DNA of 63,866 bases, filler included, from Aduncisulcus paluster (Eukaryota), in assembly GCA_024181965.1 (NCBI GenBank). It is 4 parts of 4 records of this genome, joined end to end, with 100 filler letters (N's around TTAATTAATTAA, not from the genome) between each part and the next. Parts side by side here need not be neighbours in the genome. Positions count along the whole stretch, not along the records: positions 22,990 to 50,600 come from BQXS01012726.1; 3 more parts are not named here. One strand, written 5' to 3'. A program made the translations under genes and the position numbers. The notes beneath the pieces are model-generated. The model did not search any database, was not told where the DNA came from, and saw nothing but the letters and a program-made list of their open reading frames with translations. Positions within the stretch are counted from its first letter, which is position 1, and the number at the start of each line of letters is the position of its first letter. This document shows, piece after piece, positions 32,035-44,200 of this stretch.

Positions 32035-32941
32035 TTAACCAATAAATATTTTTGTTTTGGATAAAAATTGGAGAAGGTATAAAATAATCATGATCACAAC
32101 AAAGAAGCATGTGAGCAACATCTCAGTTCTTTTCTGTTGTTTCCTCCTCTCTCTTTCTTCTGGCGAATCTTGATGAACATCGTCATGAATTTCTCCTTCT
32201 TCTCCTTCTTCTCCTCCTCTTTCTTCCTCTCCTGCTCTAGGTCCAAAGCCTCTATTGTAATTCAAAGAGAGCCCAAAGGGAGAAAACAAACCAGTCCCAA
32301 CCGAAAAATTAAAACCACTTCGACCCATTCGGGGAAGAAGAAGAAGAGGAAGAGAATGGATTGAAAATGCTTGCGAGGGGATTGAACATACGTTGGCGCT
32401 GCGATTGTCGTTGGTGTTGCTCACGAAGACGTTGTCTTGCAGTTTCTTCTGCTTTCTGTTTCATTTTGACCTTTCTCTCAGCTTCAGATAAAGGTTTAGG
32501 TCTTGTATCAGAGGTCATAGTGCCATCTTCGCTCCCATAAACAGGAATAACATCACAATCAACATCAATGGGAAAAGAGCAAAGGGGGCATGTTTTGTTA
32601 TGGTCAAACCAACCAGAAAGACAAGGCCAACAGAAAATATGTCCACATCTCAAAACTACGGAATTGGAAGGTTTTTGAAAACAGATGGGGCATTGTGGTT
32701 CACCAGTAATGTCATCTTTTGGCGGAGATTTCATTGATTTGGGTGGAGAAGGCAATTCTTCTTCTTCAGATTCTTTTTCTGATGGTTTGGATTTGGTATC
32801 GGGCTTTACAAAAGAAAAATGATAAGAAGTATCAGATTCTTTTTCATCTATCTTAGGAGATTCTTTATATAACATTTCATCAATCGAAGTTTCTTCATGT
32901 GTTTCTAGAGAGTGGGATTTCCCTGAAAAGTCTTTGGACAT
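32035..32941 (-). CDS. RNF5/RNF185/RMA-type membrane-anchored C3HC4 RING E3 ligase, split over two frames
   Basis: CPICF...CGHIFCWPCLSGW...CPLC...VIPVYG...RP in one frame. The family-typical FNFSVGTGLFSPFG and C-terminal TM (MLLTCFFVVIMIILYLL) lie in the +1 frame. Confidence 0.8.
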
Positions 32942-32954
32942 AATTAGAAAAAAA

Positions 32955-33450
32955 GTAAATAAATAAACACTGGCTAAATGGAGAATAGTTGTCGGAATCA
33001 ATCACCAACTATCTCAAAAAATCAGCAACGAAGGGAAATGGGGCTTGTTTGAAAGATTAGAGAAAAAACTCAATTCCCTCCGACTTGACGTCATGTTACG
33101 CCAATCCATGGATTTTTTGGATGAAAGTTTATTAATGAGTATAATGCCTTTTTATTTTGGGTAAAACTTATTTATTAAATACCAAAATGAACCCTATAAA
33201 TGACTTGGCTGGGAACAATGATTTCCTACAGTATTCGAAGTTTGTTATCGGTATTTTCAACAATAACACACTGAATATAAATTATTTTATCATTTGCATA
33301 ATTAATATGAAATGACCACAATGATTTGAATGAATATTTGTCATTATTTAAGCAGATACATCCTCCACAAAAAAATATGAATTGTGATTGCCAAAATATA
33401 GATGAGTATTACATCATTTAACACTTATATGTGCATTATTCAAGGCAGGG
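32955..33450 (+). repeat. Left arm of 496-bp inverted repeat (divergent RING/EVG1 intergenic region)
   Basis: Reverse complement of 34429-34924; no mismatch seen by eye; contains TGACGTCA and CCAAT. Confidence 0.92.
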
Positions 33451-33503
33451 AAATTGTTCCTCTTTATTTTTTGCTTTTCGTCACATCTGCAAATAATATA
33501 TGA

Positions 33504-34322
33504 ATGCATGGGGCACAATCGAAATTAAATACTCATGATATGCTCGAATCCATGATGAAAAAAGCTGGTCTTTCAAGAAGACAACAGAAAGAGATTAGTT
33601 CCCATGTTAAACAACATGGGTCTGTTCCCACGTCCGTATCACGCTCTAAATTGCCTGCTCCTCCGAGCAAAGAAGAAATTCGTGCAGAACAAGAGCACCA
33701 ATATACCTTATTACGTTCTCTTCAAGCCAGAAAGAAACTAAAAAGTGAAATTGAACGAGATTGGATATTGACCGAGGAAGATAGAGGGATAATTAGAACT
33801 CAAAGGAAGGATTTATCCAAAGAAAAAGAGAAATATATTAGAAAATTAGAAGCAACTAGTCATGGAAAATCAACGGCTTCAATGATTTCAAAAGGTCGAA
33901 TAGATAGCAATCCTGGCACCCTAGATGATACCACATACGAGCTTATATTATCCACGGATAAATCCTCGGCCCCAATGATGAAAAGAGCACTAGTTCCTGG
34001 GAAAAGAACTGGCGATGATAAACAGATGTCAATGGCCGTGACAAATGGAATGAAACGCGAATATCCAAGTCGAAGAATGGCGGAAGATGGTGATGATATT
34101 TATTCATTGACATCTGGATATATGGATAGTGAAATGGGTCAAATTCCCGAGTCTTTCTCCTCTTACATTGATAAATTAAAGTTTGAACTCGAAGATCGTG
34201 CCAAGTATCTTATCGAGATGAAAAAAATGGATGCCATTTCTCCATTAGAAGAGAAACAACTTAATTCGGAAATGAAATCATTGGCAAGACAAATTGTAAA
34301 GGAACGAAAGAAAAAAGGATAA
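33504..34322 (+). CDS. UPF0193/EVG1 (C22orf23-like) protein
   Basis: THDMLESMMKKAGLSRRQQKEI....G.VP and ELEDRAKYLIEMKK...LNSEM resemble EVG1 N- and C-terminal blocks. Confidence 0.7.
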   Translation: MHGAQSKLNTHDMLESMMKKAGLSRRQQKEISSHVKQHGSVPTSVSRSKLPAPPSKEEIRAEQEHQYTLLRSLQARKKLKSEIERDWILTEEDRGIIRTQRKDLSKEKEKYIRKLEATSHGKSTASMISKGRIDSNPGTLDDTTYELILSTDKSSAPMMKRALVPGKRTGDDKQMSMAVTNGMKREYPSRRMAEDGDDIYSLTSGYMDSEMGQIPESFSSYIDKLKFELEDRAKYLIEMKKMDAISPLEEKQLNSEMKSLARQIVKERKKKG

Positions 34323-34428
34323 TATTTATCAATTTAGATAATGTAATTAGTTATTATATTAATTATTATACTAATTATGTTTCTCTTCTATCAACTTGAT
34401 GATTGAATTTCAAAGCGATTATATCATG

Positions 34429-34924
34429 CCCTGCCTTGAATAATGCACATATAAGTGTTAAATGATGTAATACTCATCTATATTTTGGCAATCACAATTC
34501 ATATTTTTTTGTGGAGGATGTATCTGCTTAAATAATGACAAATATTCATTCAAATCATTGTGGTCATTTCATATTAATTATGCAAATGATAAAATAATTT
34601 ATATTCAGTGTGTTATTGTTGAAAATACCGATAACAAACTTCGAATACTGTAGGAAATCATTGTTCCCAGCCAAGTCATTTATAGGGTTCATTTTGGTAT
34701 TTAATAAATAAGTTTTACCCAAAATAAAAAGGCATTATACTCATTAATAAACTTTCATCCAAAAAATCCATGGATTGGCGTAACATGACGTCAAGTCGGA
34801 GGGAATTGAGTTTTTTCTCTAATCTTTCAAACAAGCCCCATTTCCCTTCGTTGCTGATTTTTTGAGATAGTTGGTGATTGATTCCGACAACTATTCTCCA
34901 TTTAGCCAGTGTTTATTTATTTAC
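34429..34924 (-). repeat. Right arm of 496-bp inverted repeat
   Basis: CCCTGCCTTGAATAATGC...CCAGTGTTTATTTATTTAC is the reverse complement of 32955-33450. Confidence 0.92.
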
Positions 34925-35244
34925 GATGATTTTAGGAAAGCTTGATCTTTGTCGTTGTAAAATGGATCTTGGTAAAATTATATTGGTAATTTAAACTTAA
35001 ACACATCATATAATTTCCGAATTATGAGGTTATTTCCCATATGATCTATATTTTAAAATTTATTTACAACTTGTGATTTTGAAAATCCGATTCTCAACAG
35101 TTAGTTATTATTTACCTAAAAAATAGTTTTTCTTGAAATCTTCATTGCAGTTTTATATTTTTTTCCAGTAAATTTTTTATGGTACCTCATTTTTTTTTTT
35201 AGGAGTTTTTTCTTTCCTTTTTTTTTTCCTTTTGAAAAATAGTC

Positions 35245-38200
35245 ATGTCAGATAAAATTTTAAGTGGTATGTTTTCATTTAATTTATTTTTATTTTCTTT
35301 CCTCTTTTTGTCTATTCTCTGTTTCTTACTGCCATTTCATTTTTACCTCACACAGATGAGAAATTGCATCGTGAATTGACTGAATTGAAAAAAAAGATCA
35401 ATTGTCAATTTTCTGAAAGTCGCATTAAAAAATATTGTTCCATTTTTCTTGGTCCTCTTGATTCCAAAGTCAGTGAGGTCAAAAGTGTTGAAAATCGTGA
35501 GATGGAGACGAATATCATTGATGTTCTATTTACATTTTCTCAAAACCATTCAATTGCTATAAAAAAATTAATATTTGACATGTTTTACGAGGTTTTGATT
35601 AAAACATTTTCTCAATACCCAGAAAAACTTGATCATACATGTTCCAAAGCCCTAGCTATTATTTTAAATTACATTTCTAAAGCATCAGTTCAGGAAAAAC
35701 ATGTATTTTTCAAGAAGATTGAGTCTGATATCCCCTCTTGGATAGCCACGCATAAGTCCACCATGTTCCGCAATGCTTTGCTCTATTTAATGGCATCTCT
35801 TGCCAAAGACAGCGAGAGTGTAGTGATTCGAAACAATTTCTTCGAGTCTAGATATTTTATCTCCCCCACAAATGTCATTCATCCGCCCAAACCTGGAACT
35901 GATGTTTTCTGCATTGATACTGGATATATCTTCTATTTATGTGTATTATCGATTGATTTTGACCATGCTAAAGCCATATTTAAACTTCTTTCCGACGATT
36001 CAAAGCCAGACTCCGATTTACATCGTTGGTTCGATTATTGTGATGCTCTGCCGTCCATGCACACCGCATCGCCCAAAAAAACATTAAAATCTATTGAATT
36101 GCGTACCTTTTTATGTGATTTATTGGTTTATTTTGCCAAAGAACCCACTTTTCATGAGTATTTGGTAACCCATTTTTCTCGACATGTCGTAAACTTCATA
36201 AATAGGGCCCATACACACAACCGTGAGATTATCAGAACACGGTATATGATGTCACAGAAGAAAATGCCCCAACTTTCAGAAGAGAAGAAAAATATCGAGA
36301 ATACTATCTTTAACAATGGACACACTTTGTTCCTAACCGGTCTAACATTCCTTATTAACTGTTCGTGGAACCCTGTTGGCACATCAAGAAGTACGATATA
36401 CAAATATTTTAAACCTAACTTCTCTAATTTCTCCAAAGGTCCCGATTCTCATCTTTGTCTTCTCTTTTTGACTACTCTTGGAGCTAATCTGGCTTCAGAC
36501 AAAAATAATGCATCTGAAATCCTTTCAAGTGGTCATTTTAAAGACCTATATTCATCCGTTATGTCAACAAACCCTAGATCAGAATTTCATTGGGCTGATG
36601 AATGTGTCCTGTTTCATATCTCTGCCTTTTGGCATATTGTTCGGATGTGCGCGTTTCTTGCAGAGCATTCTAAATTATTGGACCCCTCTGGGAAAACTCT
36701 GAACCTCTTGTATAATACTATATCACCTAGATTAATCGATTGGTTAGGAGTTTGTAAAAATAACGTTGGTATAATGTTTGGAGAAGTATGGATGCATGCA
36801 ATTCGTTATTTTTCTTTTCTGCATCGAATGCTTGAACATACTGCCACCAAGAGAGAGAGTGAAATGTATAGATTTTTCTATCTGTATATCCACTCTGCCC
36901 TCGATATTGTTCGTTCTTTTCCAGAATCAAAACCGATTCGTTTGTCATTTCATGTGTTTCTTGAGAATTGTTTGTCTTGTGTGAGAAATGAACAATTAAA
37001 ACTCCTCACGTCTGTGGGCTCATTTGAAAAGATTTGCCCGCCTAAAGAAGACGACATTGAATTGATTTCTGCTTCTTTGAAAACCCTTGAATCTTTTTAT
37101 CAACCAATCGTATGGTCAAGAATGTGTGCCCTTTCTACACCTTTTTTCAAAGAATATGGACAGAAAACATTCGAAACGGGTGATTTTGGCAACATTAAGC
37201 GTTGGATTATCATTGTCGGAAATGTTATTGCAGTTGCTAGACCCGAAAAGAATGTTATAACATTCGTTGATCAATGTACTAAAATGTTAGTGGAAATGAT
37301 GGCCGAATACCCCGATGATAAATTCGCATCTGATATCGTAAAACCTGCTCTTTTCTCCTTAATGTTGTTTAAAAAGATAAAACCTTCTGCTCGGGCTCAA
37401 AAAATAGCTCAAGAGAAAGAGAAAATGAAAAAAAGATTGAAAAATCAGCGTCTCAAGGGTCGAAAACCCAAGTCTTCCTCTTCCTCTTCCTCTTCCTCTT
37501 CTCCAATCATTGGTTTATCGCCTTCCTCTTCAATTGGATCATTATCGTCTGTGTATTCTTCAGAGTCTTCAATTGTCAGGAAAAGCGTTTCCACGACGAT
37601 TTTAAAATTGAAGAATAGCAAAAAAACCAAACAAGACCAGTTTATTGTTGATTGTTTCAAAGTTTGGACAGGTATTTTCAACCGATTAATCCATAATCTT
37701 AATTCGCCAGAGGATATTGATATTTTTATGTCGGTTATTCTTGGTTTTCTCGACCACAATTGTGGAATTGCTCATCAATGTGTTGATTATGTAAAGATAT
37801 TTTTGCCAAGAGTTATTTTATACTACGAGGGGCTCCATTTTATTGATTTCGCATGCAAGAAATTGTTCCCAATGTTAATTTCTATAGCGGATGAACTTCG
37901 AGATGATTTAGATAATTTGCTTGAAGCTGAGCGTAAAAGGATGTTACTGTTGAAGAAAGAAAAAGAGAACATGAAGAATGAAGGGTATACCAATAACAAT
38001 ACGAGAATTGGAGACTCTGATTTTTCTTCAATCAGAAAGAGGAAGAAAAACAATGATCTTCGTGCGATTATTTTGTCTGGAAAAGCTCCAAGAGATGAAG
38101 AAGAAGAAGGAGATACATGTCTTGACGATTGGAGCGAAATGTCAGAGATATCTGAGTTTACTATGAAATTGGAGGCCGAATTCTTAGGACCTGATGGTAT

Positions 38201-41200
38201 TAAAGAACGAGATGTTGATGGTGGAGATGAAGAAGAAGGAGATTTCACTCTGGATGATTCTTGTTTTCCTTCTGACGTTACAAGTACTCGTATAGATGTT
38301 ATTGGTTCTACTACACCAAAAACTCCCTTGTTGACTTCGCCCAGTGATGGATCTATTGCTTGCTCTAGTTATTCTGGATATAGTCACACAACTCCAAGGT
38401 CTTCACGAAGATCTTTGAAACGACGTACTCCCACTGCAAAAGCTGTTGAAGAGGGAAGTGTTGACAAAGCTTTGATAGCTTCTAAACTGCATTTGCCAAG
38501 GTTAACAAGAGATATGTTACCATATTTTCAGAAATGGAGCGCAGCACCAAAACGTTGGACTCAAAACCAACCTCATTTGAGTCGTTTTTACACTTCATTC
38601 ATGAAACTCTTGGCTTCGTTTATCCATCCTTCTTCACCTTCAATATTAATAGAAATTAACAATTCAGTGTTCGGTATTGAGAATTGGGCAGCTAAATATA
38701 GAGATGAGAAAGTTGAAGAAGCTTGTTTTGACTATGAGGACACTGTAATCACTCGATTTGGTTATTCCCTATTTTCTGACCATTTAATCTCTCTTTTGGA
38801 ATCGAATAGTGAACAAAGTTTTTCGGAAAAAGATTCTCCTATCCCAAACTCCCTTATTGATACTCATCATGGTCGTATTTCCTTCCATCTGAAGCATTTG
38901 ATTGCTCACTCACGTTCCTTCACTCGTCCACGCCCTGCCTTCACGAAACCCCTGACCTCCCTGCTACACTCGTGTGTGAATCTGATCTCTCAGTGTGGCT
39001 CCGAGTATGCCAGTACCTTGTTCCGATCAATCTATGTCCACGCTGTCCATGCCATTGATCTGTTCAGGACAGACCGTGACATTTGTTTCTATTCGTGTGA
39101 GTTCCTGCGACTCGGAATTGAGAAACTCAAGTCTATCGCTGCCGATGCTGTATTTACGGCCTCCAAGGATTCTGTGCATTCGTGGCTGTCGTTGCACGAT
39201 GATAGCCAATATGTTAACTCTGTGCTTGGGGTCTGGAAAGGAGTCTGTTCGATTACTGAAGGATTGAAAATCCTTGAGACGAAAGGAATGGAAAATATTT
39301 TCAAATCCAAGATGTTGTTTTCCTCTTCTTTCAAAATTGAGAAAGTATGGAATCTTGTCCGTTTCTTTTGTTCCATTTCTGTCGAAGAATACAATAGAAA
39401 ATCTTTGTTCGGGTATTTAAAATATATTCTCCCTAAATGGTATAATGTAATCAAGAAAGATACGGCAAAACTCGAAGAATGGTGTATGTTAGTTTGTAAC
39501 TTTGCTAAGGAATCTGAAATATTCTTTGAACTTCATTTTAATGTTGGAAAAATGATGATTTTACTCAATGAACATGTTAATCAAAATGTACAAGGGTATT
39601 CAAGTGTATACCAAGCTTTGCTCAGCGAAATGAAGAAAGAGAGAGGAGATATGTATATTTGTTATGAAGAATACGAAGATGTCGAACGTTATCTGAAAAC
39701 AAAGGAAGTTAATAGTGGATGGATGAGTGAGAAAGTGCGCGCAAAGGAAGAAGCTCGACGTACTCGTAATATCGAAGCCGCTGATGTTAAAAGAAATACT
39801 TTACGGGCCGAAAAAGCTAAAATAGAACGTGAGAAAGAAGAGGCCGAAGCCCGTAAACGTCAAGAAGAGGAAGAGAGGAGATTGATGTTGGAATCTGGAC
39901 AACCGTTGATGGTTAATAACCCACTAAGTATTGCTATGAAAGAGGAAGAAGCCCGTTTAGCTACTCAAATCCCTGTCATGATTGCCAATCCATTGATCTT
40001 GCGTAAAATGGGGAAAATGCCAACGACAAGTGTTGGTACCATTTCTTCTCTCTCTTCTTCCTCTTCTCTTTCTTCTCTCTCCTCTTCTTCAACAGCTTTG
40101 GATGATCTTACACTGATATCTTCTCCTCTTTCTGTTAAGACTCTGCCAATAGATTCCGATGTGACAAAAGATATTTCCGAAACAGTCAAAGATCCTGCCT
40201 TAAGTGACGATGATGATTTGTATGCGTGTGAACCTGTGAAAGAAGAAGAAGAAACCTGTCATCCTCCTTCAATTCCTAGCGTTATTATTCCTCTAGATAC
40301 TTCCATAACTACAGCTGCAGCTGTTGATGAATTATATGTAAAAGATGATCCCGTGGCTGCTACTACTGCCCCTGTTATTGCTTTGGATCCAGTCCTTTGT
40401 GCCACCCCAATTGTTACTTCTGATATTGCTATATCCCAACTCGTGAGCGAAGAATCTGAACCCATCCATCATGAATCACTTTATCTTGAAGAAGAAGAAG
40501 AAGAAGAAGAAGAAGAAGAAGAAGAATATATTGCTTGGGATGATCTTGTGCACTTGTCTAATCTTGTTAATTATGGAATTCACTACATTAATGAGTATTA
40601 TGATCAGACAACGGATCATGCAAGACTGTTGAAGTTGGCAAATATTTTGGTATCAATTAGTTGTCTAATTATAGCCAGATGTAAGAATACAAGTGAGAAA
40701 CTTCAATATTTAGAACAGGTTTGTGATGGATTGTTAGGGTTACTATGGAGATTTGAGGCGGCTAGTTCCTCCTCTTCCTCTTCCTCTTCCTCTTCTTCTT
40801 CATCTTCTTCTTCATCTTCATCTTCATCTTCCTCTTCATCTTCATCTTCATCGAATCTTAGATTTGGAATTATTCAATTTCTCAACACCATTAAGGAAGA
40901 TATTGTAATTCAAGGAGAGAAAGAGAAGAAAGAGAGAGATGAGAAGAAAGAGAGAGAAGAGAAGAAAGAAGATAGTGAAGAATCTTCCTCCTCTTCCTCT
41001 TCCTTCTCTCATTCTTCTTCTTCACCCTCTTTGAAGAAATATGGAGATATCATGATTATCGTTCTCGAAAATAATCTCGAAAACTTATTTAAAATGCGTA
41101 ATTTTGGATCTTCAAGTGATTTTTATAATCTTCTTCTTGATATTTCTTGTATTTGTGGGGAATTTCATAACAAACGGGTTTTCTCGAAATGTTATTCATA

Positions 41201-44200
41201 TTTGTCCTCCAATTTTCCCAAATCCCACACTGACACGACTTTAATCAAATACATTAATCTCTTGAATCTCATATGGAATGAGGAATCTCAAGATTACATT
41301 CGTGCAAGTCTNNNNNNNNNNNNNNNNNNNNTTCTTCTTCTTCACCCTCTTTGAAGAAATATGGAGATATCATGATTATCGTTCTCGAAAATAATCTCGA
41401 AAACTTATTTAAAATGCGTAATTTTGGATCTTCAAGTGATTTTTATAATCTTCTTCTTGATATTTCTTGTATTTGTGGGGAATTTCATAACAAACGGGTT
41501 TTCTCGAAATGTTATTCATATTTGTCCTCCAATTTTCCCAAATCCCACACTGACACGACTTTAATCAAATACATTAATCTCTTGAATCTCATATGGAATG
41601 AGGAATCTCAAGATTACATTCGTGCAAGTCTGAACGATAAATTGATACCATGGTTTGAAACAACAAATATCTACTCCCATATGGTTAATATGTCTTTACT
41701 TAAACAATGGTGTGATATTGTTCTTAAAATGCTTGGATCCAACCTCACTGGACTCGATATTGCATCCATTATACAACCTTTTGGTGAAGCTAGAATAGTT
41801 CTGTATGATACTCCGTTTATCAAAGAAGGATTTGAGAAGGTTGTCGATATTTTATTAGATAATTCCCAATTTACTCCCTCAAGGGAATATATTTTAAAAA
41901 TGGAATCATCAATGGTCAAATCAACCAGCAAAAAGGAGAAGAAAAGAATGTTTTGTAAATTCTTTGGATATTTGTGGATAAGTATGAACTTTTATATCCA
42001 TAAATGTACGTTATTGATTTCCTCTTTGGATACTATGAAAATTGATGGAGTGAAGAAATATTATATCGAAATGATTGAAAAATGCCTTGTTTCCATATTC
42101 CATGCTGAAAAAGATATTGATTCTTCTTCATATGTTCTATTTTTACCCTTAACTTTCTCAAGTCTAAACTTGGTACCTTCTCAGGCTTCAAATATCTTCC
42201 AGGCAGCTTCCCATCATATGAGTGAAGATTTCATTCCTATCTCAAAAGAAATTATGAATCTCTGTTCTTTTTCACTTCCTAAATGTATAATTTCTTCTTC
42301 TGATCCCATTTCTTCAATTTCTTCTTCAAGAAAACTTACTTTGTTTGACCTTGAAACAAATGAATCGCTGGCAAGTTTGTTGCTCCAACTTGCAGTTCAT
42401 GATCCTTACATTCCTCAAATTGTTTCTCTATCTTTCCATCACATCTTGACTCTGCTTTGTTCTATAAATAACCCTGAGAATATTCTGAAGAACACGTCTA
42501 TTTTTAACTTGATGTCCTTGTTCGCTGAGAAAGACCCATCTTTGAGGAATGAAATATCCCAGACTCTGGTTTGGGATTTATTTTCATGGTACATTGAAAT
42601 TAGAAAGAAAGAAAGAGGAAATTTAATTAGCGCTTGGTGCAAATTGGTTGTTGCTTGCATTCAATGTGAAAATATTTGGAATGTTTGTGGTGAACAATTG
42701 ATCGATGCAAGCCACGTATTTAGTCATATCGCAGATGTTTCTCAGTCTATAAATAGATTTGAAACTATAAAACGCAGTAGTCTTGATGATTCCACAAGTT
42801 CTATTAAATTCATTGATGATGAGACGTATTTTACTGAGAAATCTATGAAATTATTGAATGAAAAGATTAAATCAAATCCTAAATCAGCCATTAAAATGTA
42901 TCATGGTCGTATTTCCTTCCATCTGAAGCATTTGATTGCTCACTCACGTTCCTTCACTCGTCCACGCCCTGCCTTCACGAAACCCCTGACCTCCCTGCTA
43001 CACTCGTGTGTGAATCTGATCTCTCAGTGTGGCTCCGAGTATGCCAGTACCTTGTTCCGATCAATCTATGTCCACGCTGTCCATGCCATTGATCTGTTCA
43101 GGACAGACCGTGACATTTGTTTCTATTCGTGTGAGTTCCTGCGACTCGGAATTGAGAAACTCAAGTCTATCGCTGCCGATGCTGTATTTACGGCCTCCAA
43201 GGATTCTGTGCATTCGTGGCTGTCGTTGCACGATGATAGCCAATATGTTAACTCTGTGCTTGGGGTCTGGAAAGGAGTCTGTTCGATTACTGTTGAAGAA
43301 GAGGAAGAAGAAGAGGAAGAAGAAGAGGAAGAAGAGGAAGATGATGAATGCAAAAAGTCAAAGAAACTAGGATTGTTGACCATTCTTCGCAATGGACAAG
43401 TACATGATGAAGATAATTATGATGGATTGATTGCCTTGTTGAAACTTTTGGAAAATAGAAATATTGCCGGACAAAAACAAATGGAAGAATATCTTAAAAA
43501 GAAGAAAGAGAAAAAGACTAAAGGGAAAGGAAAGGTTGGAAAGAAAGGATCTCGAGTTTATTCGGGTTCTTCCTCCTCTTCTTCCTCCTCTTCTTCCTCC
43601 TCTTCTTCCTTTTCCCACGAATCTTTGTCTTGCTGCTCACCCGTAATTCAACAAATTGCAGAAGTTATCAACATTTTCCCTGTTTTACAAGCATTAATAT
43701 CGCATTCCCAGAGATTTGTGTGTAAATATCTTGTTGATACTGAATTATTTACACACATTGCAGATTCTCTTCTTGTAATTGATAATTGTTCCTCTTCCTC
43801 TGATGTTGTTTCTCAGAATGTTATTTCTGGATTTCTATCATTGATCTCGAATAATCCAATATTTTCTGATTTCTTTGTGGCATCGTTCGATTTTAGAATT
43901 ATCGAATTGATCAACGAAAAGGATTCGGATCTCAGCATTTTGATTCCTCTTTTGACACCTTATCTTCATAATTCTGCAGAATTTTATGTTAAACACGACA
44001 CTCATTTGATATTTGATGATCCAAATATTATATCAACCTTCGCCTCAACATCTACATTGAAAAAGAAAGTTTCTCAAAATAATTGGATTCTATTTTTAGA
44101 TTTATTTGGTACTCGTATTAAGGCTATGATTAGAGCTTTTACAAAGACTGAAGAAGATCTATTTTTAGATTCTTCTGAAGAATCAACATTACTCTGTGAT

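Noticed and set aside
32955..34924. DNA transposon with long TIRs carrying a gene
   Set aside because: No transposase or TSD; the arm is ordinary promoter DNA of the neighbouring RING gene and the cargo is a conserved ciliary-type gene. Kept as an inverted duplication instead.
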